Assembly (NCBI GenBank): GCA_003427395.1
Contig: BFEA01000034.1
Location: forward strand, 2,485,098-2,549,097
DNA: 64,000 bases
Origin: Chara braunii
Lineage: Eukaryota > Plantae > Charophyceae
Direction: 5' to 3'
Part shown: positions 13,201 to 25,459 of the stretch, one piece after another
Layout: each line of letters opens with the position of its first letter
How positions within the stretch are numbered: the stretch's first letter is position 1
The notes under the pieces: model-generated
Database searches by the model: none
Told to the model about the DNA's origin: nothing
What the model saw: only the letters and a program-made list of their open reading frames with translations
Made by a program: the position numbers and the translations under genes

Positions 13201-14400
13201 AGCTTGTGTGAGGCTGAATAATTTTGTATCCATCGTGCCTTCGGTTGAGTGTTTAGACAGTTTGCCTTGGATGCTTGCACCTTGCCAATGGTATTGGGCC
13301 TCATGCAGTAATCGATCTCTTACCTCGTTAATAGCCTGTGTGTGTTGTTCCGCTATTTGCGGACTTTGTTGACGTTCAAACTCTTAGAGTTGATTCATTA
13401 GGTCGATTTCTTGTTGGTAGCGCTGTCTGGCTACTTGCTTAGAATATTCATTGCGTTTTTTTGCCAAGAAAAATAGGCCATTGTTGAACCATGCCACGGG
13501 TGAGTCTATTTCAGGGTGGCGGTCCCTCCAATATGCCGAAACTTGGGCTAGGTACTGTTGGAATGAGGTGAGAAGGAACAGTGAAGTATTCAGTTTGTAG
13601 AAGCCGGGTCCTTGGTCCGGCCTCTTCCGGAAGGTCAAAGCTACCATGCACATCTTGTGGTCCAAGCCTAGGTACGGGCTGGACGGAAGAATGGCTGCCA
13701 AAGCCAGGCTTCCTGCCATGGCCTCCGGCATCAGAATCAAATCGATTCTTGATTTGGAGAGCCTGACCGGGTTGTTATTCCGGATGCACACGAGGGTGCA
13801 TTCCATGGGAAATGTGCCCTGAAAGGAGTCAAAGAGAGACATTGAACTGCATAAGCGATTGAGCATGGCCTCGTCCTCCCTCAGTCTGGTGTACCATGGA
13901 GGGGGGAACCTGCCAGCGGTCCGGAGCAGTGTTGAAATCCTCCGTTAGGACAATCGGGATGCCTCGCGGAATTTTAGCTTGGATTTTCTCAAAGAAATCT
14001 TCACGCTCGGCGCGATGTTCTGGGCATATATGCAAAAAATACAGATAATTGCCAGCTCCAGAGCCCCAAGGCGGAAACCCAGCAGCCATCCTCTGTGTCT
14101 TGTTCCCATCGTAGCGCCTCTAGGCGGGAATCCGACGGGATCCAGATTGTCGTCCCAACTCTTGCAGGTTCGGGTGCATGGGCGTGGTACTCCTGAAAGG
14201 GTCATACAATCTTGTGGGCCCGATGATGATCAGGGATGTCCATCAAATGCGCTTTTTGAACGCAAACCATGTCGTGCCAACTACGTTCCCCTGCCCTGCG
14301 AAGTAGGTTCCATATCGCTCGAGTTTTGTCCTACTTAAGGGAGGCCAGACCATTAACGTTACGGATCTGGCAGGATTTTGTCCTGGTTAAGGGAGGCCAA
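10300..14400 (-). mobile_element. L1/Tx1-like LINE, near-complete decayed ORF2 (APE endonuclease, RT, C-terminal CCHC)
   Basis: NVNGL near 14360, IYAQN, TEDFN, SRIDLIL, LDHK (APE motifs); GLDGLP and NYRSITLL (RT motifs); HCP zinc knuckle near 10770; C-terminal LRDYRLVFNDWT; many stops and frameshifts. Confidence 0.9.
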
Positions 14401-14949
14401 TTGTACCAGGATTGGAAGAAGAAAGGTCACCTCCCGTTAGTAGATACAAAAAGCAATCAGGTAGAGGTCAAAGGTCAATAAACTTCTAGACCTGGTAGGA
14501 AACACATAAACAAGTACCAGCCAAAACAACTTCGTGGGAGAGATGCTAGTTGTAAATAAGGCTAAGGGGTCTGGTAGTCAAAAGGGCAACCAGGCTAGGG
14601 GTCAAGGAACTGGTCCCTGTGTCCTAGGTTGAGTAAAAGAGTGCATAGAGGATGATGTGTGGAGGGGACCGCTTGCATGAAACATGGTGAGTACGGTCAC
14701 AGTTGTTCCGAGTGTCAGAACAAGGTCCTGACGAAGGTGCAGCCAACGGCATGGCATCAGGCACAGGCCTCCCAGGGAAGGACATCCCAGGGAAACTAGT
14801 CCAGACAATAGAAGTAGTGGTCGCTTTTACAGAGGCTGAGTTGGTAGGTGATTCCTCATCATCTCAACAAACGGCTTAGGCCGCTGACCCATCATCACCT
14901 CGAATACTCATCCAGACCATGTGGTGCTTTGTTGACGGGATGTGTTTGA

Positions 14950-17900
14950 GTCCTTAGAGGAGCAAGAGCAAGGTGGTAAGAGAAGGACCTACTAGCAGCC
15001 TAGGTGACAATGGGAGAAGGTCCTAAAGGTGGATGATTGTGGTCGAGGTCAGTGTAGGTGGACGCGAAGTAGGGGCACTTGAAGACATTGGTTCTACGCA
15101 CAATTACAAGAGTTGTGCTTATGTGGAAAGACTATGCTCAAAGGACAGGGTGCAGCAGCGGAGTAGATCTATAGTATCTACCTTGGCAAACAAGCAGCGG
15201 ATAGTTATCAAAGACAATGTCAAAGACCTTGTCTTATGTGGGAGAGCAAATGAGGCATAATGTCTCATTTTTGGTAAGCGACAATCTACCATTCGATATG
15301 CTACTGGGTATGTACTACCTTGAGGTTGTTGAGCCTCAGTTCGACTGGGAAGGGAAGACCATAAAGTACAAGTTGCCTGAGGGAAGAACAAGTGTATGAC
15401 GAAATATAGTTCCCAGAAAATGCCACTCTTATGATTGCTTGTGCGCTCATGCGTTCTATAACTATTATTGACAAAACCAGGAGGAGGGTATCTACTTGGT
15501 CTTGATCTTCGTATCTCAGAAAGGGCAAGCCGTCAAAATCCCTCCAGAGATAAAAAAAGTTGTCGATAAATAACCAACCTTCTACAAGAGCCATCAAGAG
15601 TCATAGACAGGGAGTTCGTCCATGCGATAGAGATTATCCCAGGTAGCAAGGTACCTAGGAAAAGGATGTATAGGATGTCTCTTGCAGAGTTGGATAAGCT
15701 TCGTCGGTAACTGGAAGAGCTGATAGAGGTGCTGGATCAGGCCTCGTACGTCTCCATACGGTGCACTTGTATTGTTTGTACTAGAGAAAAGGGGGACGGT
15801 GAGGATGTGTATTGATTATAGGGGCCTTAATGCCATCATCTTTAAGATTGCAATGCCGCTATCTCGCATTGACAACCTCCTGGATAGGGTGCAAGGGTGT
15901 AAGTAATTCAGTAAGATGGATCTGAAGTCTGAATCCCATCAAATACGGATTGGGCCCAAGGATCAGCACAAAACCGCATTTCAAACTTGGTACGGTCAAT
16001 ACGAGTTTGTGGTCATGTCTTTCGGGCTTTTCCAGCACGCCACGGACAAGATATGTCATGACTACTTGGACAAGTTTATCGTTGTGTACCTTGACAATAA
16101 ACTTATCTTTAGTAGAACTATCGAGGAGCACACGCAACACTTAGATATCGTGCTTGGACTCCTTCGGCAGCCCACAAATATAAGATAAATCTGGAAAAAT
16201 GTGAGTTCGATCACACTAGATCTTGTATTTGGGTTATGAAATCTCCACGGAAGGTTTGAGGCATGCGGATGCAAAGTGGCTAGCATTAAAGACTACACAC
16301 GACCTCAGTTTGTGACTGATGTCAGATTGTAATTGGGGATGACGGGCTATTATCGTCCGTTCGTGAAGAAGTACAGTATGATAGCGAGACTCTTCACCGA
16401 TCGTACTGCCCTCGTCACCGCATGGGAATGGACAATTGACTGTGAGCGGGGAGTATGCTTTGACACATTATGAAGTCCTGGAAATCCCAGATCCTGGCAA
16501 GCCATTTGTTTTACTACTAATGCAACCCAATTCGACATAGGTACTTCAGCAGCAAGAGGGCAAAACGTTGAGGCCCATTGAGTACATAAGTATGAAGATG
16601 CCTTCTTAGGAGTTAGGAAGGTCGACCTGCGAGAGAGACTCTTATGCGCTTTATTAGGCTACTCACTGGAAGCACTATCTCCCTGGCAAATTCAATAGGT
16701 AAGGTCTGACCATGAGATGCTTCAGTGGATCAAAACGCAGCTCTCTCTAATGCATTGAAATGGTGGATCCAAGTCATCGACATGTATGACTTCCACTTGC
16801 AGCATGTCAAGGAAGAGTGCGCTAAGGTTGCTGATGGGCTTTCTCGCAGGGCAGATAATCAGGGCGCTTTGATAATCGAGTATGAGCTTAAAGACGACGT
16901 AACTGGACACATAGTGGAAGCCTACAAGAAAGATGGTTTCGTGTTTGAGATCATCTGTAGAGTCAAGGTGCAGGACAAAGCCATGTCTTACGAGTTTATG
17001 CTAGTGGTGGGGCAACGCCTCTTGAGAAGGTTGGGAATAAACGGTTGTGTGCCAAGTAATGAGTCTTTGCGCAACTTGTTTCTATAAGAGTGTCACGACG
17101 AATAGGGCATTTTGGGTATAAGAAGACTTTAGTGGACTTTAGTGAACCTAGTTCAGTGTTTGTGGTGGCCGACAATGCTAGAGGATGTAAAAAGTACGTT
17201 GAAACGTGCCAAGTCACTAGCAGGGCCAGCTAGTGTTTTTCCAAACAAAAAAAAACAAACAGGGCCAACTAGTATTTTTCCACACACACAAAAAAAGTAG
17301 TTTGCCAAAGACACAAACCTAGGACTCGAGCACCTCTTGGCTTGGTCAAGCCTTTGCTTATTCCTGCCGGACCAGGACAGAGCTTGTCCATGAACTCCAT
17401 GGATACTCAGGTCACTTGCAAGTCAGGCACAAGACATATCTCTGTAAGCATAGACAGATTTTCCAAATACGCTAAACTTGTTCTGTTGCCTGAGACCACG
17501 AAGACAAACTTAGTGATTAAGATGCGTATGGAGAACTGGGTAAGGGATTTTGAGTTATCGAAATCCATAGCTAGCGATAAAGATGTAAGATTTACCAGTG
17601 GGTTGTGGACAAAGACTGCGGAGCAAATGGGTTCTCATTTATATATGACTAATAGGAACCACCCAGAAACTAATGGGCGGGCTGAGTAGATGAACTGCGT
17701 AGTGGACCTCCTGTGGCGGGATTATATCAGGCCCAGTTATGAGGACTGGGACGAGAAACTTCCTCTCATTGCCAACCTATACGGGTCGTAGTACAACTGG
17801 ATGGATTCCTCATCAACTTCACCTAGGGTGGAAGCGCAAGACCCCATTAGACTTTCTCCTCCCTGATACTGGACCATCTGCAGCACCAAGAAGCATCGAG

Positions 17901-18520
17901 TTCTGGAATGAATATGACAACCTGCTGCAGCAGACAGTTGAGCAGATCTAGAAACCTCAAAATGCCACGATAGCATCTGAGAACAACTGTGGAAGTGAGT
18001 CAAAGTTTCCGGTAGGGGAACGGGTCCACGTTATTTGGAGTTTACTCAAGAGGTGGACATCTCTCGCAAACTGATATTGCAATATTTTGGGCCATGGCAA
18101 GTTCTTGACTTTGTGGGTTCAGACCCAGATTGCCCATCATATGCCACCTGCATACCACCACACCTACATACTTACCCAGTTTTTCACACATCCGAACTCC
18201 TCCTTTCGCAGAAACTAACGAGTTTCCTTCAAGCAGGTGCCCCTGACCATGGATGGATACGTCGACATCGATGAAGTTCAGCTCAAATTAATCCCTGTAC
18301 CTAAGCCTGTTGGCAGAGAAAGACCACCGAAACCCCAGATGCAGTTCCGGATCAGATTCGGACATCATACGGATCCCAAGGAAGATCGATGGTTCACGAG
18401 ATAGGAGCTGATGAAGACAACCCCTGAAGTCGATTCACACTATGAAAGGGTGATTAAAGGGAAGTAGCAAGTGGATTGAAGACTTTCTCAAAGGACTTCC
18501 AAAGCAGAGGGGGAGGGAGC
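14950..18520 (+). mobile_element. Decayed Ty3/gypsy (chromovirus-type) pol: PR-RT-RNaseH-IN-chromodomain, then PPT
   Basis: ALEDIGSTHNY (protease), MDLKS..HQIRI..KTAF..YEFVVM.FGL and VYLDN (RT), DRFSKY, SDKDVRFTS, HPETNGRAE (integrase), GPWQV and YPVFH, chromodomain-like QFRIRF..DRWF near 18340-18400, polypurine AGAGGGGGAGGGAG near 18506. Confidence 0.92.
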
Positions 18521-18529
18521 GTAAAGCAT

Positions 18530-20104
18530 GAGGCCCTCAGCCTAGATTGGAAAGGGCCCTCGGCAACTGGAAACTGTCTGGCACCCTGGAAATTCAACCG
18601 GGCCTTTTCTGAGGCCGATGTGACTAGAAAGTGGCCTCATCGGTTGGTTGCTGCACGTAACAGGTTCAACCAACTGGTTGACCCGCTGGGTTGAAAATGC
18701 TGGGCCCAGCAAAGATGCTGAGGCTGACGCCACTTACAGTTGAGCCCCAGGCACATTCTAGAAGGGCCCTGGGCGCAGCTACTGGGACAGAGGCAGAGCA
18801 TCCAGAGCCTGCCTCGTCCAGCCAGCCACCACAAGAGGAAGTGAGGCTCACTCATTCGCACATTCTGGTTGGCCGGATGGTGACAACGCTGCTGGAGCGC
18901 TGGCTTGCTGGACGAGAGTCGTGCAGAGTGGAGAAGGGCGCTGATGGGGTGCAAGGAAGAAGCTGCATAGGCGAAGCATGAGCGCAGCAGCCATAGCCGG
19001 GCTGCTGGCGCCATATCGTGGGAGGTTGAGCAGACGTCTGTGGACAATGGAGAGTCAGATGAAGTCAAGGGGATGGTGGTGCATGTGGACACTTTGGCAA
19101 GGCAAGCAGGTGACAATGATGGGGTTAAGAAGCAGAGCTATGGAGTCCTGAGAATGGCCCTGTTGTTGGACTGGCTTAAACAGATAAGAAAGTCGGGGAA
19201 TGAGGCGACTGAGTTTTGGAAAACATGGGAGAAGCACCCACTCCTGGCGAGAAAGGACCCGCAGTTGGGAAGTTTCACTTTCGGGCCACTGTTCCAGCAG
19301 TACCCTCCGGACTTAGACAAGTAGGAGAGGATTATGTCCCAGAAAGGGATGTTAGTTGGTAGTGTTCCATAGTAGGATTCTTTAGCTCAGGTGAGCTCGG
19401 GGTAGGAGTACTAAAGGTAGGACCGGGGTGGGGGGGTAGGGATTTGCTTGGGAGGGGACGATAGTGGATCGTGATGCTAAGGGGGATGTTGGGCATGAGA
19501 AAGAGGAAAATAATCCGTAAACGAGAGTTGGGGGGAATATTTTAGGGAGGCTAGTAATCCTAGCCCTCCGAGGGCAGTTGCAGGGGAGAGCTGGAGTGGA
19601 ACATAGCAGGGTGAACAGTGTGGGGTTGATGTCCGGAAGGGCAGAACTGGTAATTGTTTGATAGATACGAGTCTACGGACAGGTTGTAAGGTGGTAAGGG
19701 ATTGGGATTTGAAGTAGGACAAACGTTTGGGATGCAGTGAGGCCCTGAGACTGGGGCAGTGCCCAGCTACCGAGGCCCTCCCTCCCCCGCGGCACCCCTA
19801 ATGTGCGACTGGGTACATAGGTCTGTTTCCTGGCCATTACAAGTGCCCTGGACGAGGGGTGAGCTCCCTGGGACACAGCCGTAGACCCCCTCTGTACAGC
19901 GTGTTGGGCGACAGGGGACTGGGTCACTCGCCCATCTTCCCTGACTCCATGGATCCTACTTTTGTGAGGGACGCTGGACCCGATTTCCAGCAGGTGCAGC
20001 TCCCCATCAACAGACTGGAGCCTGTCGCAGGAATGCTAGAGGTGGTTGCTCTTGCCACCACCTCTAACAAACCTGCGACCTGTGTGCGTTAAAAAAAAAA
20101 AAAA
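18530..20104 (+). mobile_element. 5'-truncated LINE (ORF2 C-terminus, 3' UTR, poly(A))
   Basis: LDWKG..PWKF, decayed zinc knuckle (HSHILV), LRMALLLDW..FWKTW; shared 3' motif at 19968; poly(A) 20091-20104. Confidence 0.7.
19968..20079 (+). ncRNA. Conserved LINE 3'-UTR motif, copy 2
   Basis: GGGACGCTGGACCCGATTTCCAGCAGGTGCAGCTCCCCATCAACAGACTGGAGC, then hairpin GTCGCAGG..TGCTAGAGGTGGT..ACCACCTCTAACA..CCTGCGAC. Confidence 0.75.
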
Positions 20105-20517
20105 CATGATTTCCTCACCTATCCATGTGAATACAAAAAAGGTAGTTGCACTGATCTATCAAGTTGCTTGTATTTTTGCCTGTGCAGGTCTTTTGGGCAA
20201 AGTGAGGCGGAATGTGATTAGTTTTGTTGTATTAAATGTTCCTGGAAGTTAGGAGGCTTCCATGGCACTTCCAAGGACCTGTTTGATCTGGGAACGGTTG
20301 TTGCTTTTCAATGCAGGGTCACCATAAACTGAAAAGGGTGCATGTGGGTTGTCTGAACGAGTGGGAGACAATTGCTGCCAGCTTTGGCCTACATTGCCAG
20401 CAAACAGGAAACGGGGTTATAGGTGTTACAAAAATGATGTGAAGCATATCCATGTGGTCTTGTGTAAGAACAAAGACAGTTAGATAAGCGGAAAGGAAAG
20501 TGTGGAAACATAGATTT

Positions 20518-20731
20518 GTATGCTTGGTTACCAGTTGAGAGAGGGCCTCAGTAATTCACAGAATCGGTGTGTCTGAGTGTGTGGCGGCTGGGGGGAAGAT
20601 TGAGTGCGCGTATGTGTGAGTGTGTATGCTTGGTTACCAGTTGAGAGAGGGCATCAGTAATTCACAGAATCGGTGTCTCTGAGTGTGTGCAGGCTGGGTG
20701 GAAGATTGAGTGCGAGTGTGTGTGAGTGTGT
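20518..20731. repeat. 106-bp tandem duplication
   Basis: GTATGCTTGGTTACCAGTTGAGAGAGGGC... starts at 20518 and 20624. Confidence 0.95.
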
Positions 20732-20852
20732 GCCTATGTGAGAGTGCACATGTGTGAAGGCCACCTTTGCCACTAGCACGTTTTTTAGTACTTCTTGAAC
20801 TAATTTCTTATTGTTTTCGCGCACTAAGTCTGAGTTTTTCTGACACACACAC

Positions 20853-20854
<2 letters not shown>

Positions 20855-20888
<34 letters not shown>
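20855..20888. repeat. (GA)n microsatellite
   Basis: Direct reading. Confidence 0.95.
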
Positions 20889-20890
<2 letters not shown>

Positions 20891-21186
20891 TGGTGCTGAG
20901 CGCGAGGGCAGTGTGATGGAGGGAGGGGTGAAGAGCTATTTGCCTGTGCGGTTCGTGCATTTGGCTGTGCGATTGACATGGGTGAGGGCTATAATTTGAT
21001 AAGTAGAGTTGGAAGGGAGGAAAGGTGAGAACTGGAAACTCTCTAAGAGAGGGTCATGGCAATATGCGGAAGGTGAAAAGGGGTTGCTGCTGTAAGTGGA
21101 CCAGAGAGTAGGCGTACATCAGTTCATCCCTCAGCAAAAGTGAAGAGGCATCGCAGCATGGGTGGAAAAGGGAAGTTGAGTTTGGC

Positions 21187-24100
21187 TTGGGCTCAGAGCA
21201 TTCACTTGCTGCTGGAACAAAATTGGCCAGATGCATCAGTCCTATGGAAGAAGACCTATTGATGACTCGGGAGCTCACTGACGAGAGAGCAAGGTCAAGG
21301 AAGATGGAGAACGTTTGGAAAATGCACTCGAACCCTGTTAAAGAAAAAGCAAACAATCAGATGCCTCCAGCTAAGGCGCTGCGCAGGAGGGTTAATGATG
21401 ATGTCAGCAAAACGATGCGAGAGATATCATTGAAGGGCAGCTTCATGGGATTCCGCGGTGGGGCCTCCAAGGCCAGACGTACTTGCACGGAGGAACTGAT
21501 GTTTCAAGGTCCGGATGACGAAGAAGAGATGTATGTGGAGGATGATGGAGTTATGGATGTGGATCAACCAGAAGAACTGCAAGGAGGGGCTCAGATGAGG
21601 ACTGACATTCGAGGACAAAGATCTGGGGGCAGCAACCAGTTGTCGTCACTCAGCAGCAGATCGGCACATTCAGGACCAGGGTCAATCCCAAAGGGAATCG
21701 CAACTCCTGTTTTGAGCCTCCACGATTTCATCAATGGGGATGAGGGATTGAGGAATCGTCGTCGAATGTTGATGAAGGGAAAACGGATGACGATGACGGT
21801 TTCTAACACAGGGCATCTGGATGAAGAACAGTGCAGAGATGGAAGGGGAAGGGGTAACAGTAGTAGGCAAAGGACACAGCATCCAGAGAACATCCATGTA
21901 AGCCGCAGAGAGGTTTATGGGGTCAGGAACTGTGTCAGCGAGCAGCGCCGGAAGAGCCGGAAGCCCAACAAATATCAAAACCAGGAGATATGCTCAGATG
22001 ATGCTGACAATCCGGAAGGATTCCGTGTAGGGCAGAATATTCAGCAGACAGGAGAACATAAGTTTGCGTTTGAGGAGGAGGATGAAGAGCATGAGGAGGA
22101 AGAAGAGGAATATGCATATGAAGAGGAAGGAGAAGTGGGAGAAGGTATTGAAATCGACAATTTTGGATACGAAAAGAATGTGAAATTTCAGAGATTTGCA
22201 GGGGAACAACCACGGCAACGTTCAGGTCAACAACCACTACAACAGGGTGAAATGGGTGAGGAGTACAGACCGTATCCAATTAGAAAAGTTCGGAGAAGCA
22301 GCCCTAGAGAGCCTTATGGAACAGGGAGGGAAAGAAGAGATGAAGGGATCATGCCGAGGCAGGAGAGGGTGTGCAATGATTGGCCATCATGTGATGATAA
22401 TAGCCTGGGTGCAGCCCAGGACAAAACCCAACACAATCATCGAGTAACAAGAGAGGTTGGTATTGTGGGAAAGGGGAATGCATTGACAGCACAGGCGGTC
22501 GGTAGGGGCAACAATCAATTGAGAAGGAGAAAGCAAGTGCGATTTGAAGATCAGGTCCAAAGTTATGGTGGAGGCCGGTTAGGACGGGACCACCTGGTCC
22601 ACAGGGGTCTTGACCTACTCGACGGTCAAACCAATGGAGCACAGGAACACCGGATACCGGAGAGAGTCCAAGAGGAGAAGCTACAAAGAAAGCGTAGCGG
22701 CGAAGCTGAGGCTCTGGATATCAGGTGCATTCCTGAGCCCTTGGAAGAAAAGGTACTGACAGAGGCAATGAAAGAAGGAGATAAGGTATCTGATGGGAAG
22801 TATGGAGGCCCACCACCCAAGTCAAGGGCTTGCAGTCCTGATGAGGAAAGAGGCGGGAGATCGCCAGGTGCTGCAGGTGATCACACCTGCTTGAGTTCAA
22901 GACGACAGCTGGAAAGTAAGCAAAGTCATGCTCCAGAGCATGTGAATGGTAAGTCACCTCATTTTTCTGATGAAATAATGGCTGACACTGCAGTGGGAGA
23001 TGAAAGTGCACGGAAAGTTGATATTTTGTCGACCACATCCAAATCCATGGAGCCTGCGGCCTTGGCAACGAGGAGCAAGAATGTGCGCCCTCAAACAGAA
23101 TGGGAGGTGGAGCTGGTGAAAGGAATGAAAGATGAAAAACATCCAGACACAGATGATCCGCAGAAGGTAGCCACCAGTTCTGAGGGAGCCAGAACTGCTG
23201 GCCCGATGAGGAACGAAGAAGAAATGGGTGCTATGTCAAGGTCACGGGACAGCTTGGTGGGGAAAGGGGGGGGGAGGAAAGGAGAGACTGTGAACCGTAG
23301 CAGAACCGAAATGGGGGGGACAACCATAGCACGTTGTGATGTTGATGGGCTTGTAGACCATGATGTTGATGACCTTGAGAATGACAGACAGGCAGGGGAG
23401 GCAGGTGCTCGGATGACAGGCACAGGGAGAGAAGACGAGGGAACAGACGAACAGCCCGGCAACTCCATCCGCAAGATCATGCAAGAGAGGCTGTCCGAAC
23501 CTGGCGGTGATGGGGGTAACTCCCATTCACCAGCCTTTGGTTCCATGGTGAGGGCAGTGGAAAGAAGCAAGGGAGTGAAAGAACAGCCCGGCAGCTCTGG
23601 CTACAAGACCGGGCAAGAGAGGCTGTCAGAGCCTGCTGGCTACGCTGTGCGCGCCCACCACTCACCTGCCTCTGGAAGGGAAAATCTAGACCGTAACCAT
23701 TTCAATGCTGTAGATTGTAGGAACACACACGGTAGAAGCACGGCGAAATCTCCTAAACATCTTCTCGCATCACCCACTGGTACAATGAGCCTGCCTTCAA
23801 GAAGTCAGCCTCGTTCGGTGCTGGAATGGGACGATGAGTTCGGAAACCCTGGGCCTCTCAAGAGGTCGAAAACTAACATGCTAAGTAGAACGCCCAGGAA
23901 GAAATCGCAGCCTCGGAGGCAAACCCTGCAGGATACGTCAGATGAGGATGCATTGCATCCTGCGGAACATGTGAATAATCGTTTGTTCCATCCAGAGGAG
24001 GACGATGAGACAGGAGCACCATGTGCACAAGGCATGCAAGGAGTCGTGAATCCTCTGCAAATTTGGAGTTCAGGTTCTCCTGGTGAAGTGGACTTATCGG

Positions 24101-25224
24101 AGGATAGGCAGCCTTCTTCAGGGTTGGGATTGTCTGGGAAGAAAGCAGATGCAGTCAAAAGGGTTAGGAAGGAGCGGGGGACCCCTATCATGTCAACCCC
24201 AAGCTCTTTCCACACAGCCGCTGCATCAGCACAAGCGAGGGATGTCACTGTGTCAGAAGAATATGGTAGTAAAGATGCTCCACGACTGTATGCGGAACCA
24301 GGAAAGGTTGGCTCGAAGGGTTTGGCTGGCGATTCAGAACAGTCGGTGCTGTTTGAGCATCGGAGGGAGGTTCTTGAAGTTGAGACACAAGAAGTGGTCA
24401 AGCAGTTGTATGAGGAGCTGCAGAGGAAATTGGCTGCCCATGAGGAATGGTGTAAAAGGCTCAAAGATGTCATCAGCAAACAGTTTGATCGGCTCGAAGG
24501 GAGGATCAGCAAATTGGAAAAGAACTTTGATGACACAGAGCGTGAGGTGGTAACGACTGCAGATGAGAGGTTGAAGATGATCAGGGAGTGGGGCGAAGTG
24601 GAAAGGAAGTCTATCAAGGACTGTATTGCCATGTACATAGGCAAAGCTCACAAAGACTTGAACGGAACTAGAGATGTCCTGAAATCTGAGCTGGTAGAGA
24701 TGAAGAGTGCATTTGATGTAATGTTGAGCCCTATTGTGGAGCTGGCTAAGGGAATCCCAGCCGCTGAGCTCATTGACGGCCCCCCCATTGCGCAGCAGTC
24801 TGCTGATGGCAATGCAGCTGGTCAGGAAGCTGGCGCTCACCATGCTCGTAACAGCAGCAGCAGCGCTGAAGCTTGCAAGGCACCTCATCCACAAGGTGGC
24901 GAGGAGGAAAGGCCCAAGACACAGCAGGTTGTCGGCGAGGGTAGTGTTGCAAAGGCGCAGCAGGTTGTCGAGGAGGGAAGTGTTGCAAAGACGCAGCAGG
25001 CTGTTGAGGAGGGTAGCGTTGCAAAGTCGCAGCAGGTTGTCGAGGATGGTAGTGTTGCGGAGATGCAGCAAGTTGCCGAGGAGGGCACAGATGTTAAGGC
25101 TCGGGAGGGTGAGGTCGCCAAGCCCAGGTTTGCCACAGCGGGCGAGGATGCCATGGCGCAGGTAGTTACTGAGGATGGCGGAAGTGTCGAGACCATGTTG
25201 ACAAGTGCCACACCACTCCAGTGA
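21187..25224 (+). CDS. Large hypothetical low-complexity protein (disordered N-part, C-terminal coiled coil, 12-aa repeats); first ATG at 21244
   Basis: 4-kb stop-free frame amid decayed repeats; E/R/G/S-rich, acidic tract, heptad-like region near 24360-24740, QQVVEEGSVAK repeats; no recognisable domain. Confidence 0.7.
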   Translation: MGSEHSLAAGTKLARCISPMEEDLLMTRELTDERARSRKMENVWKMHSNPVKEKANNQMPPAKALRRRVNDDVSKTMREISLKGSFMGFRGGASKARRTCTEELMFQGPDDEEEMYVEDDGVMDVDQPEELQGGAQMRTDIRGQRSGGSNQLSSLSSRSAHSGPGSIPKGIATPVLSLHDFINGDEGLRNRRRMLMKGKRMTMTVSNTGHLDEEQCRDGRGRGNSSRQRTQHPENIHVSRREVYGVRNCVSEQRRKSRKPNKYQNQEICSDDADNPEGFRVGQNIQQTGEHKFAFEEEDEEHEEEEEEYAYEEEGEVGEGIEIDNFGYEKNVKFQRFAGEQPRQRSGQQPLQQGEMGEEYRPYPIRKVRRSSPREPYGTGRERRDEGIMPRQERVCNDWPSCDDNSLGAAQDKTQHNHRVTREVGIVGKGNALTAQAVGRGNNQLRRRKQVRFEDQVQSYGGGRLGRDHLVHRGLDLLDGQTNGAQEHRIPERVQEEKLQRKRSGEAEALDIRCIPEPLEEKVLTEAMKEGDKVSDGKYGGPPPKSRACSPDEERGGRSPGAAGDHTCLSSRRQLESKQSHAPEHVNGKSPHFSDEIMADTAVGDESARKVDILSTTSKSMEPAALATRSKNVRPQTEWEVELVKGMKDEKHPDTDDPQKVATSSEGARTAGPMRNEEEMGAMSRSRDSLVGKGGGRKGETVNRSRTEMGGTTIARCDVDGLVDHDVDDLENDRQAGEAGARMTGTGREDEGTDEQPGNSIRKIMQERLSEPGGDGGNSHSPAFGSMVRAVERSKGVKEQPGSSGYKTGQERLSEPAGYAVRAHHSPASGRENLDRNHFNAVDCRNTHGRSTAKSPKHLLASPTGTMSLPSRSQPRSVLEWDDEFGNPGPLKRSKTNMLSRTPRKKSQPRRQTLQDTSDEDALHPAEHVNNRLFHPEEDDETGAPCAQGMQGVVNPLQIWSSGSPGEVDLSEDRQPSSGLGLSGKKADAVKRVRKERGTPIMSTPSSFHTAAASAQARDVTVSEEYGSKDAPRLYAEPGKVGSKGLAGDSEQSVLFEHRREVLEVETQEVVKQLYEELQRKLAAHEEWCKRLKDVISKQFDRLEGRISKLEKNFDDTEREVVTTADERLKMIREWGEVERKSIKDCIAMYIGKAHKDLNGTRDVLKSELVEMKSAFDVMLSPIVELAKGIPAAELIDGPPIAQQSADGNAAGQEAGAHHARNSSSSAEACKAPHPQGGEEERPKTQQVVGEGSVAKAQQVVEEGSVAKTQQAVEEGSVAKSQQVVEDGSVAEMQQVAEEGTDVKAREGEVAKPRFATAGEDAMAQVVTEDGGSVETMLTSATPLQ

Positions 25225-25459
25225 GTCCCAGTCCTCGTGAGTAGCCGCAATTGGATGGCTAGAGAATCTTTGAGATACCGAGAGTCAAGAGGATCAGATA
25301 AAAGAACTAACGAGAGGGTTGACGAGTTGGTAGTGGCAAAGGGCAAAGGGAAAAAGGAACATCATGATGTAGGTATCCTACCAGCGGGGGTGGGGTGTTG
25401 TTGTCAAGCCGCACATTCCTGATGAGGGGCTACGTAGGGGTCAAGAGTCTTGAGACTCT

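Noticed and set aside
23805-25346. Antisense and alternate-frame ORFs of 140-280 aa
   Set aside because: Shadows of the 1345-aa ORF and its repeats
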